From the NCBI GenBank assembly GCA_033762115.1, contig JANRLX010000092.1, forward strand, positions 26,870 to 90,869: DNA of 64,000 nt, in the 5' to 3' direction. The position numbers and the translations under genes were made by a program. This document shows positions 26,725 through 36,672 of the stretch, piece by piece. Origin of the DNA: Verrucomicrobiota bacterium (GTDB lineage Bacteria > Verrucomicrobiota > Verrucomicrobiia > Limisphaerales > SXQI01). Under the pieces are notes generated by a model. The model saw only the letters and a program-made list of their open reading frames with translations. It made no database searches and was not told the DNA's origin. Every line of letters starts with the position of its first letter. Position 1 is the first letter of the stretch.

Positions 26725-26753
26725 ACGTTAGGGAGTTCGATTTTGGGTGTCAA
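26725..26753 (-). promoter_or_regulatory. sigma70 promoter for purA-uppS
   Basis: Minus strand reads TTGACA-17 nt-TAACGT. Confidence 0.7.
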
Positions 26754-26766
26754 CGCGGTTTTTTCC

Positions 26767-27906
26767 TCAGTTTCTGAGCCGTTTGATCACAATCGGGAGC
26801 AGTTCCGCAACCCGTTCAACCTCGGTACGGGTATTCTCCCGTCCCAGGGAAAATCGAACAAGCGCATTTGCCAGATGCCGGGGATATCCCATCGCGCTCA
26901 CCACATGAGAGGGTTCAAGCGAACCTGCCGAACAGGCCGATCCGCTCGAGGCGCACACCCCTTCCAAATCCAGGCCAGCCATTAAGGCAATGCTGTCACA
27001 CCCCTCCACCAGAAAGGAAAGTGTGTTCGCCAAACCCGATTTATTCGAGCTGATCACCTGGGTTCCGGGAACACTTTCCGTGGCCTCACGCAATTGCTCT
27101 GCAAACTTCCGCAACCGCTCGGCGGGAAAGACAGGATCGCGCACAAATTGTTCAAGGGCCATGGTCAACCCAAGAATGGCCGCCAGGTTTTCCGTTCCCG
27201 CGCGACGTTCGTTCTCATGTCCGCCGCCAAAAAGGAGTGGATGAGGGAGCAGGGGAGATTTGATGAAAAGAGCGCCTGCTCCTTTTGGCCCATGGAACTT
27301 ATGAGCGCAAACCGTCACGAGGTCCGCATTGAATTGGCAAATCGAAGCGAACGGTTCCTTTCCGAAAAATTGGGAGGCATCCGTATGAAACAAAACTCCC
27401 TTTTGCCGGCAGATCGCGCCGATTTCAGGGACGGGCTGGATCATCCCTGTTTCATTGTTTGCAGCCATTACTGAAACCAGGATTGTCTCCTTGCGAATCG
27501 ATTCTGCCACCTGCACAGGGTCCACCCGGCCATTGGCATCAACATTCAAATAGGTGACATCAAATCCATTCCGGGCCAGGTATTGGAAGCAGTGCAGGAC
27601 TGAATGATGCTCGGTGGGGGAGGTGATCAAATGCCGTCCGCGTCCTTCAAGCAGTCGAACCACGCCGAAGATTGCCAGGTTATTTGACTCCGTTCCGCCA
27701 CTCGTGAAGACCACTTCACTGGCCTTGCTTCCGAGGACCCTTGCGCAACGTTCACGCGCCGAATCAAGTGCGACCCTGGCATCTCTTCCCAGCTGATGAA
27801 CGCTGGAGGGATTTCCAAAAATCGTGTCCAGGTACGGGATCATTGCCTCCTTGACGCCGCGATCAAGCGGAGTGGTGGCATTGTAATCGAAGTAAATCGG
27901 TTGCAC
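26767..27906 (-). CDS. Cysteine desulfurase (IscS/NifS type)
   Basis: YFDYNATTP, GNPSSVH, FTSGGTESNN, AHKFHGPKG (PLP Lys) and SSGSACS (catalytic Cys). Confidence 0.95.
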   Translation of the reverse strand: MQPIYFDYNATTPLDRGVKEAMIPYLDTIFGNPSSVHQLGRDARVALDSARERCARVLGSKASEVVFTSGGTESNNLAIFGVVRLLEGRGRHLITSPTEHHSVLHCFQYLARNGFDVTYLNVDANGRVDPVQVAESIRKETILVSVMAANNETGMIQPVPEIGAICRQKGVLFHTDASQFFGKEPFASICQFNADLVTVCAHKFHGPKGAGALFIKSPLLPHPLLFGGGHENERRAGTENLAAILGLTMALEQFVRDPVFPAERLRKFAEQLREATESVPGTQVISSNKSGLANTLSFLVEGCDSIALMAGLDLEGVCASSGSACSAGSLEPSHVVSAMGYPRHLANALVRFSLGRENTRTEVERVAELLPIVIKRLRN

Positions 27907-27909
27907 GGG

Positions 27910-29709
27910 TTAGGCGGATTCGAGTTGCTGGAATCCCTCTTCAACAAACGTGGTGTTTTGGATCCGTGCGAGCTTGGCGTAAAGACCATTCTTCACGAGC
28001 AATTCTTCATGTGTTCCCCGTTCGACAATTTCACCCCGTTGCAGGACCAGGATCTGGTCTGCTTTTCGTACCGTGCTCAAGCGGTGGGCAATCACAAAAC
28101 TGGTGCGGTTTGCCATTAACCGCTCCAGTGCCTCCTGGATCAACCGCTCCGTGGCCGTATCCACGCTGGCCGTGGCTTCATCCAGAATCAGGATCGGCGT
28201 GTTCTTCAGCAGGGCGCGGGCAATGCTGATCCGCTGCTTTTCCCCCACGCTGAGTTTGACTCCCCGTTCGCCTACTCGGGCTTCGTAACCATCACTCATC
28301 TTTGAAATGAACTCATGGCAATTGGCGGCTTGCGCAGCAGCGATCAACTGTTCCTCCGTGGCATCAAGGTTCCCGTAAAGCAGGTTCTCACGGATGGTTC
28401 CGTTGAACAGGAATGGCTCCTGGCTGACGATGCTGATATGGGAGCGCAATGAGTGGATTGAAATATGAGTCAGGTCATGGCCATCGATGGTGATTCTCCC
28501 ACCGCTCAAGGGGTAAAAAGCTGGCAACAGGTTGACCAGGCTCGACTTGCCCGCTCCTGTGGGCCCGACCAACGCAATCATCTCCCCCGGTTGTGCGTGA
28601 AGTGAAACGTCCCGCAGCACAGGGGTGTTTGCCACATAGGAGAAACTCACATGGTCATACACAACTTCTCCCCGGACTTCCGAAAGGGTGATTAATTGAT
28701 CCGCTGGCTGCTTCTCCACATCCGAGTCCAGAATATCGAAGACCCGTTCCCCAGCCGCGCGCGCTGCCTGCAGCATCTGGTTCAGCCCATGAAGACGCCC
28801 GACCGGTTCATAAAAAAGATTCAGGTAAATCAGGAAACCGATTAATTCCCCAATTGTCATCTGGTTTGACAGGACATGCCGCCCCCCCACCCAGAGCACC
28901 AGGCTGATCCCGAGCGCGGAAGCAAAACTCATTGCGGGCGAGTACATCGACCAGACCCGCATGACCGCCAGGCTCCCTTTGCGAAGATCATCCGCCCGGC
29001 TGGCGAACCGCCCATCCTCATGTCCCTCCCGGCCATAAGCCTTGATCTGCCGAATCCCCTGAAGGTTGTCCATCAACAGCGCGTTCATCGCGCTTGAAGC
29101 CTGCCGTTGCAACCGGTAACGGCGATGCGCAGTGAGCGTGTACCAGAGCGCGCCCACAAAAAGAATCGGCAATGGAATCATCGCCACCCATGCCAGGGTC
29201 GGGTTGGTGCTGAACATGATCGCGAGCACCCCGAGGATACTCAGGATTGAAACGGTCCCTTGTTCAGTCCCGTCGATCAACACCCGCTCCACGGAATTGA
29301 TATCCTCGATCACCCGTGTCATCAGGTCTCCGGACGCTCTTTGGTCAAAGTAACCGACAGGAAGTCGTTGCAGTTTGCCATAGACCTCACAACGCATGTC
29401 AAAGATCACATGCTGCTCGAATGCGTTGTTTAATCGGATGCGAAGGCTGTTGAACAGGTCTCGCAACAGGAAAGCACCGATCAAGCCGAGTGAAACCGGC
29501 ACCAGCAGTTCCCTTCGACCGGCGCCGATCACATCGTCAATGATCATTTGGGTCAGCTTCGGGTAGGCGAAGGAAAAACCAAGCGAGAGCAGCGCAAAAC
29601 CCATCGTGCCAATCGCATACCAATGATAAGGCCGCAGGTACCGGCTGACCCGGCGCACAATCTCCCACGTCGACCGGGAACGTGCGGTCATCGTCGGGTC
29701 ATCGTGCAT
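27910..29709 (-). CDS. ABC exporter with fused permease and ATPase (MsbA/MdlB-like)
   Basis: Multi-TM N-terminus, GPTGAGKS, LSVGEKQR and ILDEAT. Start uncertain among 29691, 29709 and 29730. Confidence 0.93.
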   Translation of the reverse strand: MHDDPTMTARSRSTWEIVRRVSRYLRPYHWYAIGTMGFALLSLGFSFAYPKLTQMIIDDVIGAGRRELLVPVSLGLIGAFLLRDLFNSLRIRLNNAFEQHVIFDMRCEVYGKLQRLPVGYFDQRASGDLMTRVIEDINSVERVLIDGTEQGTVSILSILGVLAIMFSTNPTLAWVAMIPLPILFVGALWYTLTAHRRYRLQRQASSAMNALLMDNLQGIRQIKAYGREGHEDGRFASRADDLRKGSLAVMRVWSMYSPAMSFASALGISLVLWVGGRHVLSNQMTIGELIGFLIYLNLFYEPVGRLHGLNQMLQAARAAGERVFDILDSDVEKQPADQLITLSEVRGEVVYDHVSFSYVANTPVLRDVSLHAQPGEMIALVGPTGAGKSSLVNLLPAFYPLSGGRITIDGHDLTHISIHSLRSHISIVSQEPFLFNGTIRENLLYGNLDATEEQLIAAAQAANCHEFISKMSDGYEARVGERGVKLSVGEKQRISIARALLKNTPILILDEATASVDTATERLIQEALERLMANRTSFVIAHRLSTVRKADQILVLQRGEIVERGTHEELLVKNGLYAKLARIQNTTFVEEGFQQLESA

Positions 29710-29836
29710 TGCATGACGGCGTTGTGCCATGGCTCAATTGTGCTGCACTCATTTCGGTTTTGAAAGCCCTCTCCTGCGATTCTCACGCCCTGCCAATCCG
29801 ATTTGCAAATCGTCATTCCCCGGATTAAGCTCTGGC

Positions 29837-31540
29837 ATGGCTGAGTCCAAGAAGAAGGCCGGTTCGCACTCGTTTCAAAAACCAGCATCTGAAACTTCCG
29901 GTTCACCCACTCCTTTGAACGATCTTTTATCGCGCGAGGACCTGGACCGATTGTCCACTTTGCAGCTTCTGGATCTCATCGCCAGCAAACTGCCGCCGCG
30001 TCACTCCTCCCTGATCGATCTGGTCTATCTCCGGGAGAGAATTTCAGGAATGGAGGAACTCAATTTCCAGGCCCAGCAGGCGATCGAGAAGCTTGATGAA
30101 ATTGTCGAAAAACTCCGCTCTCCCGCTTTTCGTGTGGGCACTTTTTTGATGCCAATCGAACCGGACAAAGCCCATGTGTGCGTTGGCGGCACTGATTTTG
30201 TCTGCCGTCTTGATCCGCAAATCCCCCTTTCCAGCCTTCAGGTCGGTCAACGAGTGCTCTGCAACGAAGCTTTTGCTGTTGTGCAGGGTCTTGGCTTTGA
30301 TCGCAACGGCCCCATCGTGCGCATTGAGGAACTGCTTTCTGACGGGCGTTTGCGGATTGGCCAGGAAACCGGCATCGCACCGCTGGTCATACTTCGCTCT
30401 GCCCTGCTGGGAAAAGAGAAGCTGAAGCAGGGACTTGAAGTGCGGCTGGACGCCAATCAACGCGTGGCCCTTGAAGTCATCGGTGTGGGAAAACGGATCG
30501 AACGTTCCCTTGAAACCGTCACTGAACTCCCCTGGAGCGCCATTGGTGGTCAGGAGGATGCCGTGCAGGCCATCCGCGACACGATCGAAATGCCTTTCTT
30601 GCATGCGGATCTTTTCAAGCGCTTTCAATACAACGTGCCGAAAGGGTTCCTGCTTTACGGCCCGCCCGGTTGCGGCAAAACATTGCTCGGCAAGGCCACG
30701 GCCTACAACCTGCGCCAGCAATTGCGTGAAAAAACCGGCGTTGATCACCCCGAGTTTTTCCTCCACGTCAAAGGCCCTGAAATCCTCAATATGTGGGTTG
30801 GGGAATCGGAACGGCAGGTCCGCGATTTATTTGCTCAATGCCGCGAACGGGCCAGCGAAGGCGCTTTGGCATTTCTGTTCATTGATGAAGCCGAGTCGCT
30901 CCTGGGAACGCGTCGCGCAGGCCGTTTCAATAACATGTCGAGCACTCTGGTGCCAATGTTCTGCACTGAAATGGATGGCCTTGATCCTCTTCAGAACGTG
31001 GTTGTCATTCTTGCTTCAAATCGTGCTGATCTGATCGACCCCGCCATCCTGCGCCCCGGTCGCATCGACCGCAAAATCAAGGTCAACCGCCCGAACGAAG
31101 AGGGTGCGCGCCGCATTTATGAAATTTATTTGAAGGATGAACTGCCGCTGGCTGAACCACCTGCGGAATTGGCAGCGGCCATTTCCAAAGCCCAGTTTGC
31201 CCCAACACCCGAAAACCAATTCCTCGAAGTGGTTTATCGCAGTGGGAAAAAAGAGCTGCTTTACCGGGGCCAAATGGCCAGCGGCGCCATCATCGCTGCT
31301 GTCGTGTCCCGTGCCAAGAGCCTTGCGATCAAACGCAGCATTGATACCGCCCAGGAAACTCAAATCACCCGTGACGATTTGCTTCAGGCACTCGCGCTGG
31401 AGTATTCGGAAAATGACCTTTTCCCTGCGACTGATATCACCGAAGACTGGCTCAAGCTCACTGACTTTGACCCGGACAATGTCATTCGGCTCGGTCCGGT
31501 CCGGCCACGCAAACTCGAGCGTTCCTCAGGGGTGGTTTAA
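29837..31540 (+). CDS. Mpa/ARC-type proteasome-associated AAA ATPase
   Basis: N-terminal coiled coil followed by two OB-like segments; PKGFLLYGPPGCGKT, KGPEILNMWVGESER, FIDEAES and ASNRADLIDPAILRPGRID. C-terminal FLEVVY..SGAII..V.RAK..AIKR..EYSENDLFP...EDW is as in ARC/Mpa. Confidence 0.85.
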   Translation: MAESKKKAGSHSFQKPASETSGSPTPLNDLLSREDLDRLSTLQLLDLIASKLPPRHSSLIDLVYLRERISGMEELNFQAQQAIEKLDEIVEKLRSPAFRVGTFLMPIEPDKAHVCVGGTDFVCRLDPQIPLSSLQVGQRVLCNEAFAVVQGLGFDRNGPIVRIEELLSDGRLRIGQETGIAPLVILRSALLGKEKLKQGLEVRLDANQRVALEVIGVGKRIERSLETVTELPWSAIGGQEDAVQAIRDTIEMPFLHADLFKRFQYNVPKGFLLYGPPGCGKTLLGKATAYNLRQQLREKTGVDHPEFFLHVKGPEILNMWVGESERQVRDLFAQCRERASEGALAFLFIDEAESLLGTRRAGRFNNMSSTLVPMFCTEMDGLDPLQNVVVILASNRADLIDPAILRPGRIDRKIKVNRPNEEGARRIYEIYLKDELPLAEPPAELAAAISKAQFAPTPENQFLEVVYRSGKKELLYRGQMASGAIIAAVVSRAKSLAIKRSIDTAQETQITRDDLLQALALEYSENDLFPATDITEDWLKLTDFDPDNVIRLGPVRPRKLERSSGVV

Positions 31541-31543
31541 ATT

Positions 31544-32872
31544 CTAATCCTCGTGCAGGCTTTTTGGCTCCGGCAGGAAAAAAGCGACCACCACCGCGGG
31601 GATAAATAGAAACCCATTGTAAAGCAGCGCTGTCCGGAAATCACCGATGATCGCCAGTTGCCCGAAAATAATCGTTCCTGCCGCAGCAAAAATCCGTCCG
31701 ATATTATAGCAAAATCCTGCGCCGGTGGTTCGCAACAGCGTTGGAAAAAGCGGTGGCAGGTACATCGTAAACAAGCCGAAGACACCCGAGAAAAAACCCA
31801 CCAGCGGAATCCATCCCAATAATTCCGTATGGCTTCGGGTGACCCCGTAACCACCCAGGATCGAAACAAAAAATCCCAGGCACATCACCGCTATCGACCG
31901 TCTGTATCCAACTTTTGTTGCAACCCAGGCTGCAAAAAAATTCCCGACAATGGACGCCGAGATAACAATGAAAAAAGCTTTGCTGACCAATTGTTCCCGC
32001 TCAGCCGCTGGCACTCCGGCAACCGTTGCCAGATTACGCATGTGCTGCGGGTTCCAGAACATGAACGCCCACCATGCCGTCAATGAACTGGCGCACACGA
32101 TGATTGTCAGGATGGTCGTGCGCAGGACCTTCCCTTTAAAAAGCTCAGCCAGCCCCGGTTCCTCACCTTTGGTTGCCAGCTTGGCCCGGTGCCATTCCTC
32201 CGGTTCCGGAACGTTCTTGCGAATCCAGAACACCAGCAACGCTGGAAGAATGCCCACCAGGAACACGTAGCGAGGATTATAATCCTTGCTGAACGACATC
32301 GTATAAACCGTCACGCACGCCAGGAGCACCCCAATATTCACTCCGGTTTGCAGCACCGCCGCGATCCATGGCCTCCATTTCTTTGGCCATGTCTCGGAAA
32401 GCAGGGAAGAACCCACCGCCCATTCCCCTCCGATGCCCAGCGCCGCCAGAAACCGGAAGATCATCAACTGCCACCAGTTTTGCGCCACTGCGGACAGCCC
32501 GGTAAAAATCGCATAGGTCAGGATCGTCAGGCTTAACGCGCGGCTCCTTCCGATCTTGTCACCAAGCCTTCCAAAGAAACCGCCCCCCAATGCCCACCCC
32601 ACCAGAAATGCCGCCTGGATATAAGAACTGTAGGTTTTGACATTCGGATCGCTGGCGCTTTGCGCCGCCACCAGCGTCATCACGAATGGTGCCGCCACCA
32701 ACGTGTAAAGATGCATGTCCAGCCCATCGAAAAGCCAGCCCAGCCAGGCTGCCATTCCGGAACGCCATTGCTGCGGAGATAAATCCTTGAGGCGACGCAC
32801 TTCACCTTTTGGCGCATTGACGAGTCGCTCCGTTTCAGGCGTGGCACGACCCTGCATGAGATTCTCTTCCAT
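31544..32872 (-). CDS. MFS transporter
   Basis: GWLFDGLD, GRLGDKIGR (motif A), GIGGEW and LFPTLLRTTGAG; about 12 TM segments. Confidence 0.93.
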   Translation of the reverse strand: MEENLMQGRATPETERLVNAPKGEVRRLKDLSPQQWRSGMAAWLGWLFDGLDMHLYTLVAAPFVMTLVAAQSASDPNVKTYSSYIQAAFLVGWALGGGFFGRLGDKIGRSRALSLTILTYAIFTGLSAVAQNWWQLMIFRFLAALGIGGEWAVGSSLLSETWPKKWRPWIAAVLQTGVNIGVLLACVTVYTMSFSKDYNPRYVFLVGILPALLVFWIRKNVPEPEEWHRAKLATKGEEPGLAELFKGKVLRTTILTIIVCASSLTAWWAFMFWNPQHMRNLATVAGVPAAEREQLVSKAFFIVISASIVGNFFAAWVATKVGYRRSIAVMCLGFFVSILGGYGVTRSHTELLGWIPLVGFFSGVFGLFTMYLPPLFPTLLRTTGAGFCYNIGRIFAAAGTIIFGQLAIIGDFRTALLYNGFLFIPAVVVAFFLPEPKSLHED

Positions 32873-33004
32873 GGAATGGGGTTCAAGCTTTCTACATGAA
32901 ACGCAACTGCTTTTGCAACCTGCATTTCCAATTACCGTGCCGTGGCTCCCCTGGATGATTTTCTCTTTGCACGGAAATCGTGACAGGGTAATTTAGGCCA
33001 ACAC

Positions 33005-33078
33005 TGTCCGATGGTGTAATGGTAGCACATGGCCCTTTGGAGGCTATTGTCATGGTTCGAATCCATGTCGGACAGCCA
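33005..33078 (+). tRNA. tRNA-Gln(TTG)
   Basis: Acceptor stem TGTCCGA/TCGGACA, anticodon loop CTTTGGA, GTTCGAA, CCA end. Confidence 0.95.
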
Positions 33079-33132
33079 ATCTCTCCTTGATCTTCCTTGA
33101 TTTGCCCGGTTTCAGCGTGAAACATTCAATGC

Positions 33133-33819
33133 ATGTTCAAGCCCTGCCTGCTGCTCGTTTGTCTGGCAGTTTCAATTGCTGCGGCCCTGCCCGAACTGTT
33201 GGTTCCCCCACTGCACAATGAGGCAAATGGCCATGACTATATTTTATTGGATAGGTCGGACTGGGAGAATGCAGAAGCCGCTGCGGTTGCTCTGGGAGGG
33301 CATTTGGCGACAGTTCGAAATTCTGCAGAGCAGCAATGGCTTCTGACAACATTTGGAAGATACGGCGGGCAGCACCGCTTGCTATGGATTGGGCTGAACA
33401 ACCTGAAATCCGTCTCCAGGTTTGAATGGGTTAGCGGTGAACCGGTGACTTACACCGAGTGGGCATCTGGCGAACCTAACAATGCCGATGGCAATGAGCG
33501 TTACGTTGCTTTGTACTATCCTGGCTTCAACCAGCCTGGTGCATGGAATGACTGGAACTCCCGAACGGCTGATCCGATTGGAATTCCTTTTCACGGTGTC
33601 GTGGAGTTGATCCCACAATTGCGGATTACACATCTCCCGGATGGAAACCTGGAACTCTCCTGGCCATTGGGATTGCCTGAATATTTCCTGGAGGCGACCG
33701 ATGATCTTTCCAAGCCGTTCTCTGGCTTCCAGTACGAGCGCGTTTCCGATACTGTAGCTGGCAGATTTATTGTCACCATTATTCCCACATCGACTCATTA
33801 CATTCGGCTGAGACAATAA
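33133..33819 (+). CDS. Secreted C-type lectin domain protein
   Basis: Signal peptide; W..AEAAAVALGGHLATV, LWIGL, WASGEPNN and WND. C-terminal domain ends HYIRLRQ. Confidence 0.85.
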   Translation: MFKPCLLLVCLAVSIAAALPELLVPPLHNEANGHDYILLDRSDWENAEAAAVALGGHLATVRNSAEQQWLLTTFGRYGGQHRLLWIGLNNLKSVSRFEWVSGEPVTYTEWASGEPNNADGNERYVALYYPGFNQPGAWNDWNSRTADPIGIPFHGVVELIPQLRITHLPDGNLELSWPLGLPEYFLEATDDLSKPFSGFQYERVSDTVAGRFIVTIIPTSTHYIRLRQ

Positions 33820-33893
33820 TTCAGTTGACCCTGCGCATGGAGGAATCAAACCCACTTGACAGCGGGGGCTGTGAGGGGAACCCTTAATCCACT

Positions 33894-34304
33894 ATGTCGA
33901 TTACCGCTGCAAACAGCCCGATCCAGCAAAAAACAATCGAGCTTTGCCAAACCATTTTAAATAACCCCGATTTCCGCGCTGTTCGCAGCCGTATTGATGC
34001 GTTCATGGCTGATGAACGGGCGAAGGAACAGTACCAATCCCTCGTCGAAAAAAGCGAAGAGCTGCACCACAAGCAGCACCAGGGCGTGCGCCTCTCTCAG
34101 GAGGAAATCTCCGCCTTTGAAAAGCAGCGGGATGTCGTCATCAACAACCCTGTTGCCAAAGGTTTCATTGATGCCCAGCAGGAACTCCAGGAAGTGCAGG
34201 AGACCGTGACCAAATATATATCCAAAACCATGGAGCTTGGGCGCGTGCCGGCTGAATCCGATCTGGAAGGCGGCAGCTGTGGTTCTGGTTGCGGTTGCCA
34301 CTAA
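33894..34304 (+). CDS. YlbF/YmcA-like helical regulator with a Cys/His tail
   Basis: All-helical, NPVAKGFIDAQQEL, C-terminus GGSCGSGCGCH. Confidence 0.75.
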   Translation: MSITAANSPIQQKTIELCQTILNNPDFRAVRSRIDAFMADERAKEQYQSLVEKSEELHHKQHQGVRLSQEEISAFEKQRDVVINNPVAKGFIDAQQELQEVQETVTKYISKTMELGRVPAESDLEGGSCGSGCGCH

Positions 34305-34317
34305 AAGCGAATTTATC

Positions 34318-34357
34318 AGGCGCTTTCAGGTTTGACCTGAAGGCGCCTTTTTTATTT
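34318..34357 (+). terminator. Rho-independent terminator
   Basis: AGGCGCTTTCAGGT-TTG-ACCTGAAGGCGCCT followed by TTTTTATTT. Confidence 0.8.
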
Positions 34358-34382
34358 CATCGAATAAATCCGAGAGGTTATT

Positions 34383-35252
34383 ATGAGCAATCCAGTTTCA
34401 CGTCGCACCGCCCTGAAGTCAGCAGCCACCGCCACCGCATTTTTCGGCATCGCTTCCGGGATGGTTTCCCGCAGCCACGCAGCTGAGCGTAAAGGCAACA
34501 TCAATCATTCCGTCTGTCGCTGGTGCTACGGCAAAATCCCCCTCGAGGAACTTTGCAAAGCCTCAAAGGAAATGGGGATCTCCTCTGTGGAATTACAGGG
34601 ACCCAACGAATGGCCTATCCTCAAGCAATTTGGCCTCACCTGTGCCATGGCCAACGGCGCGGGCATGGGCATTGAAAAAGGTTTTAACCGTATTGAACAC
34701 CACGAGGCTCTGGTCAAAAGCTACGAAGAGGTCATTCCCCTCGTCGCCAAGGCTGGATTGACCAATATCATCTGCTTTTCAGGTAACCGGGCGGGTCTTT
34801 CCGATGAGGATGGCATTAAAAACTGTGCCATCGGTTTGAAGAAACTGATGCCCGTCGCAGAAAAGCACAAGATCAACGTGGTCATGGAACTGTTGAACAG
34901 CAAGGTCAACCACGCAGATTATCAATGCGACCATACCGCCTGGGGCGTCGAAGTTTGCAAAGCAGTCGGCTCAGAGCGTTTCAAGTTGCTCTATGACATT
35001 TACCACATGCAAATCATGGAAGGAGATGTCATCGCCACCATTCGTAAATTCCACCCTTACATCGCTCATTACCACACTGGCGGCGTTCCCGGACGCAATG
35101 AAATCGATGAAACCCAGGAGCTTTATTATCCGCCGATCATGAAAGCCATCGTCGAAACCGGCTTCAAGGGCCATGTGGCGCAGGAGTTCATCCCAAAACG
35201 TCCTGACGCCCTCGCTTCCCTCAAGCAAGGCGTCGATATTTGCGACGTCTGA
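34383..35252 (+). CDS. Hydroxypyruvate isomerase-like TIM barrel protein with a Tat signal
   Basis: SRRTALK twin-arginine leader; ELLN, LLYDIYHMQIMEGD, HYHTGGVPGRNE and QEFIP. Confidence 0.88.
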   Translation: MSNPVSRRTALKSAATATAFFGIASGMVSRSHAAERKGNINHSVCRWCYGKIPLEELCKASKEMGISSVELQGPNEWPILKQFGLTCAMANGAGMGIEKGFNRIEHHEALVKSYEEVIPLVAKAGLTNIICFSGNRAGLSDEDGIKNCAIGLKKLMPVAEKHKINVVMELLNSKVNHADYQCDHTAWGVEVCKAVGSERFKLLYDIYHMQIMEGDVIATIRKFHPYIAHYHTGGVPGRNEIDETQELYYPPIMKAIVETGFKGHVAQEFIPKRPDALASLKQGVDICDV

Positions 35253-35427
35253 CCCAGGTTCAAACGTGACCCATTCATGGGTAAGCTTCTCGAATTCGGG
35301 AAGCTTTCCGTCGTGACAACTTTGAGGTCACAGGTCGCGACATTGTTCCGCCATGAGCATTCATGGCACCCTTCTCAGAGAAAACTACTGGAGAAAACCA
35401 TCCACTCAGACCATTCTCTCATATTAA

Positions 35428-36672
35428 ATGCTATTCCGTTCCGGAGAACAGTTTGATTCAAGGCACCGTGTCGTGGTTACCGGCGCGGGAATCGTAACCT
35501 CTCTCGGTCAAGGTTGGGAATCCAACGCAGCGGGTTTTCGGCACGGGCGCACCGCTTTCAGCCCCATTGAACATTTTGATACCAGCCGCCACCGCGTTAA
35601 ATCTGCCGGTCTGGTGACTTTTTCTGGCACATCGGATACCGGTTCCCTCTCACGTAGTCAGCGCCGCCGCCTGGACCGCGCTTCCAAACTCCTGCTTGCT
35701 GCCGGTTTAGAGGCCTGGAACGCTTCCGGGTGGCATCCAAACCAGGTCACACCCCTCATCCTCGGAACCACCAGCGGGGGAATGAATTTTGGTGAAGCAT
35801 TTTATCGCACTGCCCTCAACCATTCCTCACGAAAAAAACTTCAGGCTACCCGCGTCAGCAATTACCTTCCGCAAACCCAGGCCAGCGATCTTCTGCAAGC
35901 CATCGGTTTTAAAGGCCCGGTAACCATTATTTCAAATGCCTGTGCTGCCGGGGCCAACGCCATCGGCCACGCTTTTGAATTGGTCCAAAGCGGTCGAAAT
36001 GAACGTGTCTTCGCCGGGGGATACGACGCCATCAGTGAAATGGTCTTTACCGGGTTCGATACTCTCAAAGCTCTTTCCCCCACCTGCTGCCGTCCCTTCG
36101 ATGCAAACCGTGATGGACTCTCCCTCGGTGAAGGCGCTGCGATGCTGACCCTGGAGACACTCCAATCTGCCCGGCAACGTGAAGCAAAAATTTTCGGCGA
36201 AATCCTCGGCTACGGTGCCTCCACCGATTCTCACCACCTCACTCAACCACATCCACAGGGGAACGCCGCCCTGCTCTCGATGGAAGCCGCTTGCGCAAAG
36301 GCCGGGGTCACTCCCCGCCAGGTCGGCTATATCAACGCACATGGCACCGGCACCCCATTGAACGATTCTGCTGAAGCCACCGCGATCAACCGTTGGCGCG
36401 GGGATTCAAAGGTGCGGGTGAGTTCCACAAAAGCCGGCATCGGTCACCTCCTGGGTGCAGCTGGAGCGGTCGAGGCGGTGGTTTGTCTCATGGCTTTGAC
36501 CGGGCAATGGTATCCGCCCACCTCCACATTGATTTCACCTGATCCAGCCGCCACTTTTGACATCGTTTCCGGACCCTCGGATGCAATCAAAGAACCTCTG
36601 GAGCACGCCCTCACGAACTCCTTCGGTTTCGGTGGAGCAAATGCTTCACTCCTTTTCAGGAGGTGGGGTTGA
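35428..36672 (+). CDS. Beta-ketoacyl-ACP synthase (type II KS, FabF-like)
   Basis: RVVVTGAG, catalytic SNACAAG, RPFD..RDG..LGEG, INAHGTGT, GHLLGAAG and NSFGFGG. Confidence 0.95.
   Translation: MLFRSGEQFDSRHRVVVTGAGIVTSLGQGWESNAAGFRHGRTAFSPIEHFDTSRHRVKSAGLVTFSGTSDTGSLSRSQRRRLDRASKLLLAAGLEAWNASGWHPNQVTPLILGTTSGGMNFGEAFYRTALNHSSRKKLQATRVSNYLPQTQASDLLQAIGFKGPVTIISNACAAGANAIGHAFELVQSGRNERVFAGGYDAISEMVFTGFDTLKALSPTCCRPFDANRDGLSLGEGAAMLTLETLQSARQREAKIFGEILGYGASTDSHHLTQPHPQGNAALLSMEAACAKAGVTPRQVGYINAHGTGTPLNDSAEATAINRWRGDSKVRVSSTKAGIGHLLGAAGAVEAVVCLMALTGQWYPPTSTLISPDPAATFDIVSGPSDAIKEPLEHALTNSFGFGGANASLLFRRWG

Noticed and set aside
33109..33123. parS-like sequence GTTTCAGCGTGAAAC
   Set aside because: It has a one-base insertion relative to the parS core GTTTCACGTGAAAC, which breaks the half-site spacing; single copy.
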